Part shown: piece by piece, positions 31,110 to 39,458 of the stretch
How positions within the stretch are numbered: position 1 is the stretch's first letter
Layout of the letters: each line of letters starts with the position of its first letter
NCBI GenBank assembly: GCA_050012855.1
Contig: JBEKGJ010000007.1
Location: forward strand, 34,241-98,240
From: Verrucomicrobiota bacterium
Lineage (GTDB): Bacteria > Verrucomicrobiota > Verrucomicrobiia > Limisphaerales > J093
Reading direction: 5' to 3'
Length of the DNA stretch: 64,000 nucleotides
Position numbers and translations under genes: made by a program
Notes under the pieces: generated by a model
The model's input: only the letters and a program-made list of their open reading frames with translations
Told to the model about the DNA's origin: nothing
Database searches by the model: none

Positions 31110-33503
31110 ATGCAAGTCCAACGGTTCCTGCCTGGCATCGCCGCCCTCGCGCTGTGGCTCCTTGCCTGCGGTTGCGGCACCAAAACCACGGCCCCGGCAC
31201 CCGAGCCTCGGACCGTCCCCGCGCCAAGCAACCTTGTCTTTCAACCAGACCGGCTGGCCGAAATGGACAACGTGATCCGCCAGGCCATCGCCGACAAGAA
31301 ATGCCCCGGCGGCGTGCTGTGGCTCGAGCGGCTCGGCACCGCCTACTACCAGGCCTACGGCCAGCGCGCTGGGGTCCCCGCGCCGGAGCCGATGACCGAG
31401 GACACGATTTTCGACGCCGCGTCGCTGACAAAAGTGCTCGCCACCGCGCCGGCCATCATGTCCCTGGTCGAGCGCGGGCAGATCCAGCTTGATGCAACCG
31501 CCCAAAGCTACCTGGCGGAATTCACCGGCGACGGCAAGGAGGCCATCACGATCCGTCAATTGCTCACCCACACGTCCGGCCTGCCGTCGGGCATCGGCCG
31601 GAGTCCCGACTGGACCGGCTATGACACCGCGATCCGACTGGCCTGCGCGGTGAAGCTGATCAACCGCCCGGGCACGACGTTCGTTTACAGCGACATCAAT
31701 TTCATCGTCCTCGGCGAGATCGTCCGTCGCGTCAGCGGTCGCGGACTGGACATGTTCACGGCCGAAAGCTTCTACCGGCCGCTGGGGATGGTGGACACGG
31801 AGTTTAACCCGCCCCCGGCGAAGCTCCCGCGCATTGCACCGACCGAGGTAGTAGATGGCAAGCCGTTCCGCGGCGTGGTGCATGATCCGACGTCCCGCCG
31901 CATGGACGGCGTCGCGGGCCACGCTGGCCTGTTCACCACCGCCGCCGACCTCGCCCGGTTCTGCCGCATGATGCTCAACGGTGGCGAACTCGATGGGGTG
32001 CGCGTGTTGCGGACGGAAACCGTCGCGCTCATGACCAGCGTCCAGACGCCGCCGGCGGTTCCGGCCCGGCGCGGGCTGGGCTGGGACATTGACTCGCCCT
32101 ATGCCGGCGAGCGCGGCGACCGTTTTCCGCTGGGCGGCTACGGCCACACGGGCTGGACCGGCGGATCGCTCTGGATTGATCCGTTTTCGCGCACGTTTTT
32201 GATTTTCCTCTCGAACCGCAATCATCCCGACGAAAGCGGGAACGTTCTCCCGCTGCGCCACATGCTGGGCACGCTGGCGGCCGAAGCGGTCGTAGGTTTC
32301 GATTTCAGTGCCGTGCCGGGCGCCCTGCCCGCCCGCACGAACGCCGCACCCGCGTGGCCAATGCCGACGGCGACCAATATGACCGTGCTCAACGGGATTG
32401 ACGTGCTCGCCCGACAGCAGTTCGCCCCGTTGCGTGGGTTGCGCGTCGGGCTGATCACCAACCCCACCGGCCACGACCGTGAGCGCCGGGCCACGATTGA
32501 TCTCCTCAAGGCTGCGCCCGAGGTCCGGCTCGTCGCCCTCTTCAGTCCGGAGCACGGCCTGCGCGGCGAACGCGACGAGCGGATCGGCGACAGCATGGAT
32601 GAACGGACCGGTCTGCCCGTTTACAGTCTCTATGGTGAGCGTCGCCAGCCGACCGCCGCGCAGTTGCAGGGGCTCGACGCCCTGGTGTTCGACATCCAGG
32701 ACATCGGCTGCCGGTTTTACACCTACATCGCGACAATGGGCCTGAGCATGGAGGCGGGGGCGAAGGCGGGCGTGAAATTCGTCGTGCTCGACCGCGTCAA
32801 TCCCATCGGCGGCGTGGCGGTGGACGGCCCGGTTTACGCGGGCCAGCCGGGCTTCACCGCGTTCCACGCGCTGCCGTTGCGCCACGGCATGACCGTCGGC
32901 GAGCTGGCGCGGATGTTCAACGCCGAGCGCGGCTGGCACTGCGACCTGACTGTGATTCCCGTCGCCGGCTGGTCGCGCACTCAGTGGTTTGACCAGACCG
33001 GTCTGCCGTGGACGAATCCATCGCCGAACATGCGGAGCCTGGCGGCGGCGACCCTTTACCCCGGCGTTGGCCTGCTGGAGACGGCGTTGTCCGTGGGTCG
33101 CGGGACGGAGACGCCGTTCGAGCTGGTGGGGGCGCCTTACATTGACGAGGCGGCGTTGGCGGCGGAACTCAACCGCGCCGGTCTGGCGGGCGTGCAGTTC
33201 GAGCCGGTGCGGTTCACCCCGACGGCGAGCGTGTTCAAGGACCGGCCCTGCGGTGGCGTGCGAATCCGCCTGGCCGATCGCAACCATGCCGACGCCGTGG
33301 GGCTGGGCATTGTGCTGGCGCAGACGTTGCACCGGCTCTATCCGCAGCAGTTCAAGCTGGAGAAGATGAACACGCTGCTACAGGACCCCGGCACCCTCGA
33401 CGCGATCCGGGCGGGCGCATCGCTCGCGGAGATCCGCGCCCGGTGGAACGCGCCGCTGGCGGCATTTCGGGAACGTCGGTCAAAATACCTCCTCTATCCA
33501 TGA
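31110..33503 (+). CDS. Fusion: beta-lactamase-family serine hydrolase (AmiE-like) + DUF1343 (NamZ-like exo-muramidase)
   Basis: N-terminal half has the SxxK motif (ASLTKVLAT), YSDIN and GHTGWTGG. C-terminal half (from about aa 400) has LNGIDVL...VGLITNPTG...LFSPEHG...PVYSLYG...FDIQDIGCRFYTYI, typical of DUF1343. Confidence 0.85.
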   Translation: MQVQRFLPGIAALALWLLACGCGTKTTAPAPEPRTVPAPSNLVFQPDRLAEMDNVIRQAIADKKCPGGVLWLERLGTAYYQAYGQRAGVPAPEPMTEDTIFDAASLTKVLATAPAIMSLVERGQIQLDATAQSYLAEFTGDGKEAITIRQLLTHTSGLPSGIGRSPDWTGYDTAIRLACAVKLINRPGTTFVYSDINFIVLGEIVRRVSGRGLDMFTAESFYRPLGMVDTEFNPPPAKLPRIAPTEVVDGKPFRGVVHDPTSRRMDGVAGHAGLFTTAADLARFCRMMLNGGELDGVRVLRTETVALMTSVQTPPAVPARRGLGWDIDSPYAGERGDRFPLGGYGHTGWTGGSLWIDPFSRTFLIFLSNRNHPDESGNVLPLRHMLGTLAAEAVVGFDFSAVPGALPARTNAAPAWPMPTATNMTVLNGIDVLARQQFAPLRGLRVGLITNPTGHDRERRATIDLLKAAPEVRLVALFSPEHGLRGERDERIGDSMDERTGLPVYSLYGERRQPTAAQLQGLDALVFDIQDIGCRFYTYIATMGLSMEAGAKAGVKFVVLDRVNPIGGVAVDGPVYAGQPGFTAFHALPLRHGMTVGELARMFNAERGWHCDLTVIPVAGWSRTQWFDQTGLPWTNPSPNMRSLAAATLYPGVGLLETALSVGRGTETPFELVGAPYIDEAALAAELNRAGLAGVQFEPVRFTPTASVFKDRPCGGVRIRLADRNHADAVGLGIVLAQTLHRLYPQQFKLEKMNTLLQDPGTLDAIRAGASLAEIRARWNAPLAAFRERRSKYLLYP

Positions 33504-34552
33504 ACCTCGAACCACCGGTTGTCGGATCCTCCGCCCGGCCCAGCACCCGGGCCGCGGCGTGGATGTTGTTCTTCCTCGCCCCGGCCGTCGGCGAACTGCT
33601 GAGCGGTTCGTCGCCGCCGCTCCGGTTTTTCAATCCCTTCACGCTGCTGATGGAGGCTTTCCTCTACGGCAGCGGCGCGTTGCTGGCGCGCGAGTTCACC
33701 CTCCGGTGGCGGCGAGGCTGGCCGACACTGCTGGCCCTGGGCGCGGCTTATGCCATCATTGAGGAGGGCTTGTGCTGCAAAAGCTTCTTTGACGCCAACT
33801 GGCCGGACGTCGGCCTGCTGGGCAGCTACGGGCGGTGGCTGGGGGTGAACTGGGCGTGGGCCGCCATGTTGATCCTGTTCCACACCGTGTTCAGCATTCT
33901 CCTCCCGATCACGCTGGTGGAGCTGACTTTTCCGGCGGCGCGCCATGAATCCTGGGTCGGCCCCCGGTGGCGCTGGGTGCTCGTCGGCCTGCTCACCCTG
34001 GTGGTCGTAACCGGGTTCCTGTTTTTCCCGGAGGGCAAGCACCCGTTCCGGCCGCCGCCGCTGGGCTATGGGCTCGCCGTGGTGAGCGTGGTGGTTCTCG
34101 GGGTCGTCGCCCGGCGGATGCCATTATTTCCCGCGCGGGCGGGCGGGCGCACGACGGCGGCCCGACCCTGCTGGTTCGTGCTGGTGGGGTTCTTCGGGAC
34201 GGTGGGGTTGTTTGCGACGTTCTGGCTGTTGCCGAACACGCCGCTGCATCCGTTGTTGACGGTGGCCGTGGGCCTGGTGCTGGGCGCCGGCGTGCTGGTC
34301 CTGGTCCTGTGGATGTCGGGTGGCGCGCACGCGTGGGGCGACCGGCATCGGGTGGCGCTCGTGTCCGGCGGGTTATGTTTCTTCGTGCTGCTGGCGCCGT
34401 TGCTGGAATTTGGCAAGCAGAACCCCTCCAAGCCGATGACCGGCATGGCGCTGGTGGGGCTGGCGACGCTGGGCTTCCTCCTCTGGCTGGGCCGGCGACT
34501 TCGGCGAATTCGGAGGTTGAATCCCCCGGGCGCGGCCGCAACATGCGCCTGA
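33500..34552 (+). CDS. Polytopic membrane protein, function unknown
   Basis: The start at 33500 overlaps the upstream stop (ATGA). At least 8 hydrophobic helices. The last ~17 codons lie inside direct repeat DR-A. Confidence 0.6.
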   Translation: MNLEPPVVGSSARPSTRAAAWMLFFLAPAVGELLSGSSPPLRFFNPFTLLMEAFLYGSGALLAREFTLRWRRGWPTLLALGAAYAIIEEGLCCKSFFDANWPDVGLLGSYGRWLGVNWAWAAMLILFHTVFSILLPITLVELTFPAARHESWVGPRWRWVLVGLLTLVVVTGFLFFPEGKHPFRPPPLGYGLAVVSVVVLGVVARRMPLFPARAGGRTTAARPCWFVLVGFFGTVGLFATFWLLPNTPLHPLLTVAVGLVLGAGVLVLVLWMSGGAHAWGDRHRVALVSGGLCFFVLLAPLLEFGKQNPSKPMTGMALVGLATLGFLLWLGRRLRRIRRLNPPGAAATCA

Positions 34553-34593
34553 CACTGCCTTATGAAAAGTCGCACTACTCCGCTGCTGGCCGC
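34502..34593. repeat. Island direct repeat DR-A (left boundary)
   Basis: 92 bp with 82/92 identity to 40692..40783. It covers the 3' end of the membrane-protein gene, the spacer, and an ATG plus ~10 codons homologous to the GH172 signal peptide ([11 protein letters not shown] versus MKNRTTLLLAA). Confidence 0.85.
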
Positions 34594-34987
34594 CAGTGCC
34601 TTCTGGCTGCCGCCCGAAGGGCGCTGGCAGACCATCCAGGCGACGGCCAAGTTGGCTGGGGTTGAAAAGGGTGGCGGGACCTTCAGGTCGGCCAAAACAA
34701 GTTGCCGCAATCGGCGAATGCACCGCGACTTCTCCCTCGCCGCCGCGAACGGGAACTTGAGCTGCTTGAGAGGCGGCGAAAGGGATTCGGCGAAGCCGAA
34801 GGACCGCTGCGGGCCGAGCGAGCGGGCGCGAGCGAGTCACTGGGCTGGGGTGAGACGTCGAGTTCAGCGCAACGCCGACATTTTTCAACATTTCATCCAT
34901 CACCTCTCGCCCGTGGGCGTGGCCGGATTCGTCCTCGCTGGTGGCACTATGTCCTCCAACCAGTCCGGCGATGCATTTGAAAACTAG
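34594..34987 (+). pseudogene. hsdM: Type I R-M methylase (HsdM) remnant, internally deleted and interrupted by a repeat element
   Basis: Two in-frame fragments: [19 protein letters not shown] (HsdM N-domain FxVPxxARW motif) and [33 protein letters not shown] (region after the catalytic motif; consensus WxQHFIxHLxPxGxAGFVLANGSMSS). About 250 aa between them are missing. The fragments are fused to the DR-A pseudo-start. Confidence 0.65.
34731..34845. repeat. Inverted-repeat element, left copy (IR-L)
   Basis: The reverse complement of core 34755-34845 matches 39459-39549 at about 93% (42 nt perfect: GCCCAGTGACTCGCTCGCGCCCGCTCGCTCGGCCCGCAGCGG). Contains internal small hairpins (TTCGGC-GAA-GCCGAA). 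Confidence 0.8.
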
Positions 34988-34993
34988 AAGCTC

Positions 34994-36223
34994 ATGATTG
35001 TTCGCCACATCACCCAGCCGGATCAATTTCACGGTCAAATTCTGGCCACTTTACTGGCACAGGCTCCTCATCCAAGAAGAGTAGTGCTTGTTTCAGCATT
35101 CGCTGGGTTACAGACCGTGATGCGTTTCAAACATTCCTTGATCGGTTTATCGGAACGTGGTGCCTTGGTTCGCCTTGTGATTGGTGTCGACATGCAGGGC
35201 ACTAGCCGAGAAGTGCTACAAGAATTGGCATCTTGGACACAAGTAGAAGTCTTCGTTTATCGGCACAGGAGGCCGGGACACACATTCCATCCGAAGATTG
35301 CTCTCATCGAATCGCCCACCGCATCTGATGTCTTTGTTGGTTCAAACAATCTCACCGAAGGGGGGCTCTTTCGGAATTATGAGGCCGCTAGCCATATTAC
35401 ATATTCGCTCCCGGCAGATTCTGATGCCTACACCCAAGCATGTCTTGGCCTTCGGCGGTTCCTAGAGCCAACATTGCCACTCGGACTGCGGCTAACTCCA
35501 AACCTTTACCAAGCACTCGCCCAAAGAACCGACATCCCGTCAGAAGCGCAACTCCAAGCAGATCGTCGCCGACAACGGGCTCAGTCTCAGGCCGGCGAAC
35601 CTGCGCAGAGACCTGAGGAAATATTTGGAACAGAGGCAATTCCCGCCCCGCCGCCGCTTCCGGCCGAACTGCTTGACGCGCTTTCGCTCGCCGTGAACCG
35701 CCGCCGTCGGGCGGTGGCGCAGCCAAATGCGGCCGCGCCTGCGATTGTCTCACCAGCACAAATAGCACCAGCGTCTTTTTACATGACGCTTCCAACGTTA
35801 CAGGGACCAAACATTCCGGGTGAAGGGCGAATACCACTCGCTGCCATTGAAATGGCGGAGGATTTTTGGGGATGGCCGGACGCCTATGAACGTCGTGAAA
35901 GCCCACGAGGTGGCGCGGAACGCGTCTATTTCAACTGGAGAAGTCGCTGGCAAATTGCCAATGCAGCGAATCCCGGAGTTCATACCCGCCAAGAGGTTCG
36001 AATGTACATGTACGAAAACAGTTCAGATTTTCGATTCTATGCCCGCCCTTTGGTGAATGCAGGAGCCGACCTTGGCGATATTGTGAGAATTACGCGAATC
36101 GGCTCGGAGGACGTCGATTTTGAATGCCTTCTCGCCCACCAAGGAACACCCGAGCATGCCACTTGGCTTCCGTTTTGCACGACTCTCGTCCGGAGCAGCA
36201 CGAGGAGATTCGGCTACGGGTGA
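34994..36223 (+). CDS. PLD-superfamily (single HKD) nuclease with putative B3-like DNA-binding C-terminal domain; BfiI/NgoFVII-like restriction endonuclease candidate
   Basis: 409 aa. One HKD motif, HTFHPKIALIESPTASDVFVGSNNLTEGG (aa 99-123). A Pro/Ala/Gln-rich linker follows. The C-terminal ~150 aa (FYMTLPTL...GEGRIPLAAIEMAEDFWGW...VYFNWRSRWQI...VRMYMYENSSDFRFY...GDIVRITRI) are beta-rich, in a pattern reminiscent of B3/EcoRII-N/BfiI-C pseudobarrels. GC is lower than the host. Confidence 0.7.
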   Translation: MIVRHITQPDQFHGQILATLLAQAPHPRRVVLVSAFAGLQTVMRFKHSLIGLSERGALVRLVIGVDMQGTSREVLQELASWTQVEVFVYRHRRPGHTFHPKIALIESPTASDVFVGSNNLTEGGLFRNYEAASHITYSLPADSDAYTQACLGLRRFLEPTLPLGLRLTPNLYQALAQRTDIPSEAQLQADRRRQRAQSQAGEPAQRPEEIFGTEAIPAPPPLPAELLDALSLAVNRRRRAVAQPNAAAPAIVSPAQIAPASFYMTLPTLQGPNIPGEGRIPLAAIEMAEDFWGWPDAYERRESPRGGAERVYFNWRSRWQIANAANPGVHTRQEVRMYMYENSSDFRFYARPLVNAGADLGDIVRITRIGSEDVDFECLLAHQGTPEHATWLPFCTTLVRSSTRRFGYG

Positions 36224-36264
36224 TATAGCATCACAAACACTCGGCGGCAGCCATGATTTTGGCA

Positions 36265-39162
36265 CTATGCTGTTTTTTCACACCAAATGATCTCATTCTC
36301 CGTGATGCTGTGCCTTGCGTGACGCCGGTTCTCGGTAGTTACGGTAATGGGAATCCGATCACGAATGTTCCACCCAAGTTCTGCCGCAGTTTCGGTCAAA
36401 ACATCCGCGCTCTTTATTATTACTTCCTGATCACCGGCGGTCGTGACGTTGTCGCCGATGACAAAAAAAGCTGACGCGCCGAGCTTGAGACACATGTCGA
36501 GATTTCGGAAGACCTTCGTCATGTCGGCGAAATAACGCAAGAGAAGCGCAGCCATGTTCTTCCTGCGGAAACCAACATCGGCGCTTTTATTGAGGCGATG
36601 GATTTTGGTGACGATAGCGCGAGCGGTAACGGATGGCACGTCATCGAATAGTGCAGCCTCGATTGTTGCTTCGAGCTTACGTCGGTCGCCATTGCGAATT
36701 TCTCTACTTCCTGTCAAAGACTCTTCAATTTGCGAACGCTCTGAGGACGAAACGCCGCAAAGAAGCAAGATGCTCAACCGGTCCGTGTCGATGTAGGGTA
36801 GCGCAGTCGCATAGGGAGGGCTCGTGATTACAGCGTTCACGCTCTCTTTTGTAATTCCAGCCGAGCTAAAACTGCGCACGTCTCGGCTGTCGTTCTGCCA
36901 GATATGTGAATCGCGGAATTTACACGGAGCTTTGTTTGATCGTGACGCGAATTCGCTTAACCGACCACGCTGTTCGGCAAGGTGCGACAAAAACAATTCA
37001 AAGACTGGCGCATCTTCAATCGGTTTGTCACGGCGTCGAATCCGAAGGTCTTTTGGGTCTTGCTGGGAAATATCTCGCACGATGCTGCTGAGCAGGACTT
37101 CGAGAAATTCTTTTACTCGCACCTCTGGCGTCTCACGGATTGCACGGAGCAACGCTGCGAGCTTGCGAAGCACCATTGTTGGAAACCAAGCCTCAAGTTC
37201 TTTCATTGAGGTTTGTGGGAAAACATCCAATTCAGACGATGGCTTTAATGCTGCAACTCGTTGTTGAAAAAGCGCCAGAAGCCGGTCTCGTAAATAGGGG
37301 TCAACCAATACAACCTCGGTTTTCGCCTTGGCAATCTTGATGGCCAACGGATTCATGTCGAAACCGACACCCTCAAATCCGTTGAGATACGCTTCAAGCG
37401 GGACAGTCCCACTTCCACAGAACGGGTCGAGAACTCGTTGGCCAATCGAAAGCCCCGCGAGATTAAAGAGGCTGCGGGCCAGTTGGGGGTAAAATTTGCC
37501 CTTGTAGGCATGTATGCCATGCGTGACATATTTCGGGTCTTTTCTCGCAGAAGTTTTCAGGGCATCGCCGTTTTCAAGAATCGCCTGCCAAGTTGGTTCT
37601 TCATGGATGGAAGTTGCAGCAAAGCTGTGACTAAACGTAAGCTGTCGCAGCTTGTCGATTTGAAGGGGACTGATTCGGGCCGTCAATATGTTGCCAAGCT
37701 CTTCTTGGGCGCTGACGCCGAGCAAGTGACTAATTTCAACTTTCCGAAGTTCCGCCTCATAGGGCCAAAGTTTGTATGGGGGTGGAAAGATCCGAATCTT
37801 CACTTGTTCAAGCGGCTTCCTTAACACCAGTAAACTTTCGGAGCGCAGCCGTCGCGCAGTTGAAATGAACGACCGGCGATGTTTGGGAAGGTCGCGTTCA
37901 ATTTCTCCGACGACCTCAAATCCTACTTCTTGAGCTCGCTCTCCGAGCAGACCAGCCGTGTGGGATAGTTTCCCAGCAAACAGGGAATCTCCAACAACCA
38001 TTACCGCAAAGCGCCCTGGACGGAGGCCATGCATCATGTGTCCGAGGCACTGCTGCATTTCGTTCAGGTATTCCTGAATTCCAGATTGCTCTTTCTGGTG
38101 TCGAAGGTGCGAGCCTATCTCCTTTTTCGCCAGCTCACGCGGATCGAATCCGAGCCAGAAGAGTCGGAAACGGTGGTAAAGATGGTAATCGTTGGCGTTG
38201 GCGTAGGGCGGCGACGTTACGATCAAGTCCACCGATCCCGGTTTGACGACATCGCCTTGCCGCAGGTCCGCAGTCAGGAATTGCGCTTCGCGAAATTGCA
38301 GAAACGTGCCGAGGTAACGAACCTTCTTCAGTGACGATTCCAATGCACCGGCAAACAGCCGGATGATCTTTCCTAGCGGGAATTCTTTCTGACAACGCGC
38401 ATATCGTGTCTCACTGTCTTGAAACGAAGCCTTGAGAATAATCTTCGACAGGCAGACCGACGCAAGGCGTTGGCATTTTTCCGACTGGAAAGTCTTGATT
38501 CGCGCTCTCAAATAAGAAAGCTCGGCAACTGCGTTTGGGTGAAACCATTGATCACAGTTTGGAATGTCAGGGGCAAACTGTGAAAGAGGGGCAAACCTGT
38601 TTAATGCTTCCGAGACAGAACCTTCACTTGCCGAAATGATGAACAACTGTTCAACAAGACTGGTCAGAAAATCGTCATCCTCTTTTGTGGGGGTGAGCAG
38701 CTTCGCCTTGCCAATGACTTCGGCAAGAGGATTCAAATCAGAACTGATTGCCTGCCGTCCCAAAAGCACGCTTTCGAGAGCTGTTGTGCCGCTGCCGCCA
38801 AATGGATCCCAAACCGTTTCTCCCGGAAGAGACAGGCGAGCAATCAGGTTGCGTGGGATTTGAGGGACAAACTTCGAAGGGTAGGGATGAATGTCGTGAG
38901 AAAGATAAGTCGTGTCATCGTCGGTGAAAGCCCAGTCAAGTTGCTGCAACTGGCGCAAAACTTCATCAGCGTCCGCTAACGATTCCAGGTTTTGAGGGTC
39001 TTGAGGGGTTTGTATCGGCTCAAACGAAAAATCGGCTGTGGCCTCGGCGATGTTGTCCGTGAACCACTCGGTCAAGGTCGCCCCGTTCTCTTTCAGCACA
39101 GAGGCGAGCGCCTGTTTCTGCGACTTGGTGGTTTCTACAAGGATTTGCGTTCCGGTTCGCAT
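36265..39162 (-). CDS. Tandem double DNA methyltransferase (two N4C/N6A-type modules) with putative N-terminal ribbon-helix-helix segment
   Basis: 965 aa, the lowest GC in the window. Module 1: HPYPSKFVPQIPRNLI...WDPFGGSGTT (aa 119-127) and IVTSPPY (317-320). Module 2: HAYKGKFYPQLARSLF...LDPFCGSGTV (579-587) and VITSPPY (781-784). N-terminal TQILVETTKSQKQALASVLKENGATLTEWFTDNI has a strand-helix-helix pattern. Convergent with the PLD gene. Confidence 0.85.
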   Translation of the reverse strand: MRTGTQILVETTKSQKQALASVLKENGATLTEWFTDNIAEATADFSFEPIQTPQDPQNLESLADADEVLRQLQQLDWAFTDDDTTYLSHDIHPYPSKFVPQIPRNLIARLSLPGETVWDPFGGSGTTALESVLLGRQAISSDLNPLAEVIGKAKLLTPTKEDDDFLTSLVEQLFIISASEGSVSEALNRFAPLSQFAPDIPNCDQWFHPNAVAELSYLRARIKTFQSEKCQRLASVCLSKIILKASFQDSETRYARCQKEFPLGKIIRLFAGALESSLKKVRYLGTFLQFREAQFLTADLRQGDVVKPGSVDLIVTSPPYANANDYHLYHRFRLFWLGFDPRELAKKEIGSHLRHQKEQSGIQEYLNEMQQCLGHMMHGLRPGRFAVMVVGDSLFAGKLSHTAGLLGERAQEVGFEVVGEIERDLPKHRRSFISTARRLRSESLLVLRKPLEQVKIRIFPPPYKLWPYEAELRKVEISHLLGVSAQEELGNILTARISPLQIDKLRQLTFSHSFAATSIHEEPTWQAILENGDALKTSARKDPKYVTHGIHAYKGKFYPQLARSLFNLAGLSIGQRVLDPFCGSGTVPLEAYLNGFEGVGFDMNPLAIKIAKAKTEVVLVDPYLRDRLLALFQQRVAALKPSSELDVFPQTSMKELEAWFPTMVLRKLAALLRAIRETPEVRVKEFLEVLLSSIVRDISQQDPKDLRIRRRDKPIEDAPVFELFLSHLAEQRGRLSEFASRSNKAPCKFRDSHIWQNDSRDVRSFSSAGITKESVNAVITSPPYATALPYIDTDRLSILLLCGVSSSERSQIEESLTGSREIRNGDRRKLEATIEAALFDDVPSVTARAIVTKIHRLNKSADVGFRRKNMAALLLRYFADMTKVFRNLDMCLKLGASAFFVIGDNVTTAGDQEVIIKSADVLTETAAELGWNIRDRIPITVTTENRRHARHSITENEIIWCEKTA

Positions 39163-39191
39163 TTCTGGGATGGTAGTCTATCATCCCAGAA
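39163..39191. promoter_or_regulatory. Perfect 10-bp inverted repeat abutting the methyltransferase start codon (candidate operator)
   Basis: TTCTGGGATG-N9-CATCCCAGAA. On the coding strand the right arm runs directly into the ATG (CATCCCAGAAATG). Confidence 0.45.
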
Positions 39192-39209
39192 TCTGACAAT
39201 AGATTTTTT

Positions 39210-39445
39210 CACCTTTTTTGCATGGCCATGCCGGACATTTCGATTTTGTCCGACGAATTTCTGGCCGAGGTCCAGCGGCTGCCACGGCGCGACCTTGCCG
39301 TGGAATTGTTCCAGAAGCTGCTGAACAACGAGTTGAAAACTCGGCAGAAGAAATACCTGGTCCAGTCCTGCTCGTTCGCTGAAATGCTGGAAGCCACCAT
39401 CCGCAAATAGCAAAACCGCACCATCGAGGCCGCGCAGGGATTTCG
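39210..39445 (+). pseudogene. hsdR: Type I restriction subunit HsdR, C-terminal fragment only
   Basis: [71 protein letters not shown] matches the conserved HsdR C-terminal (DUF3387-type) region. The in-frame TAG (39408-39410) sits where homologs have Tyr (RKYQNR). Nothing N-terminal to this survives. Confidence 0.65.
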
Positions 39446-39458
39446 ACAGCTCGCCCCG

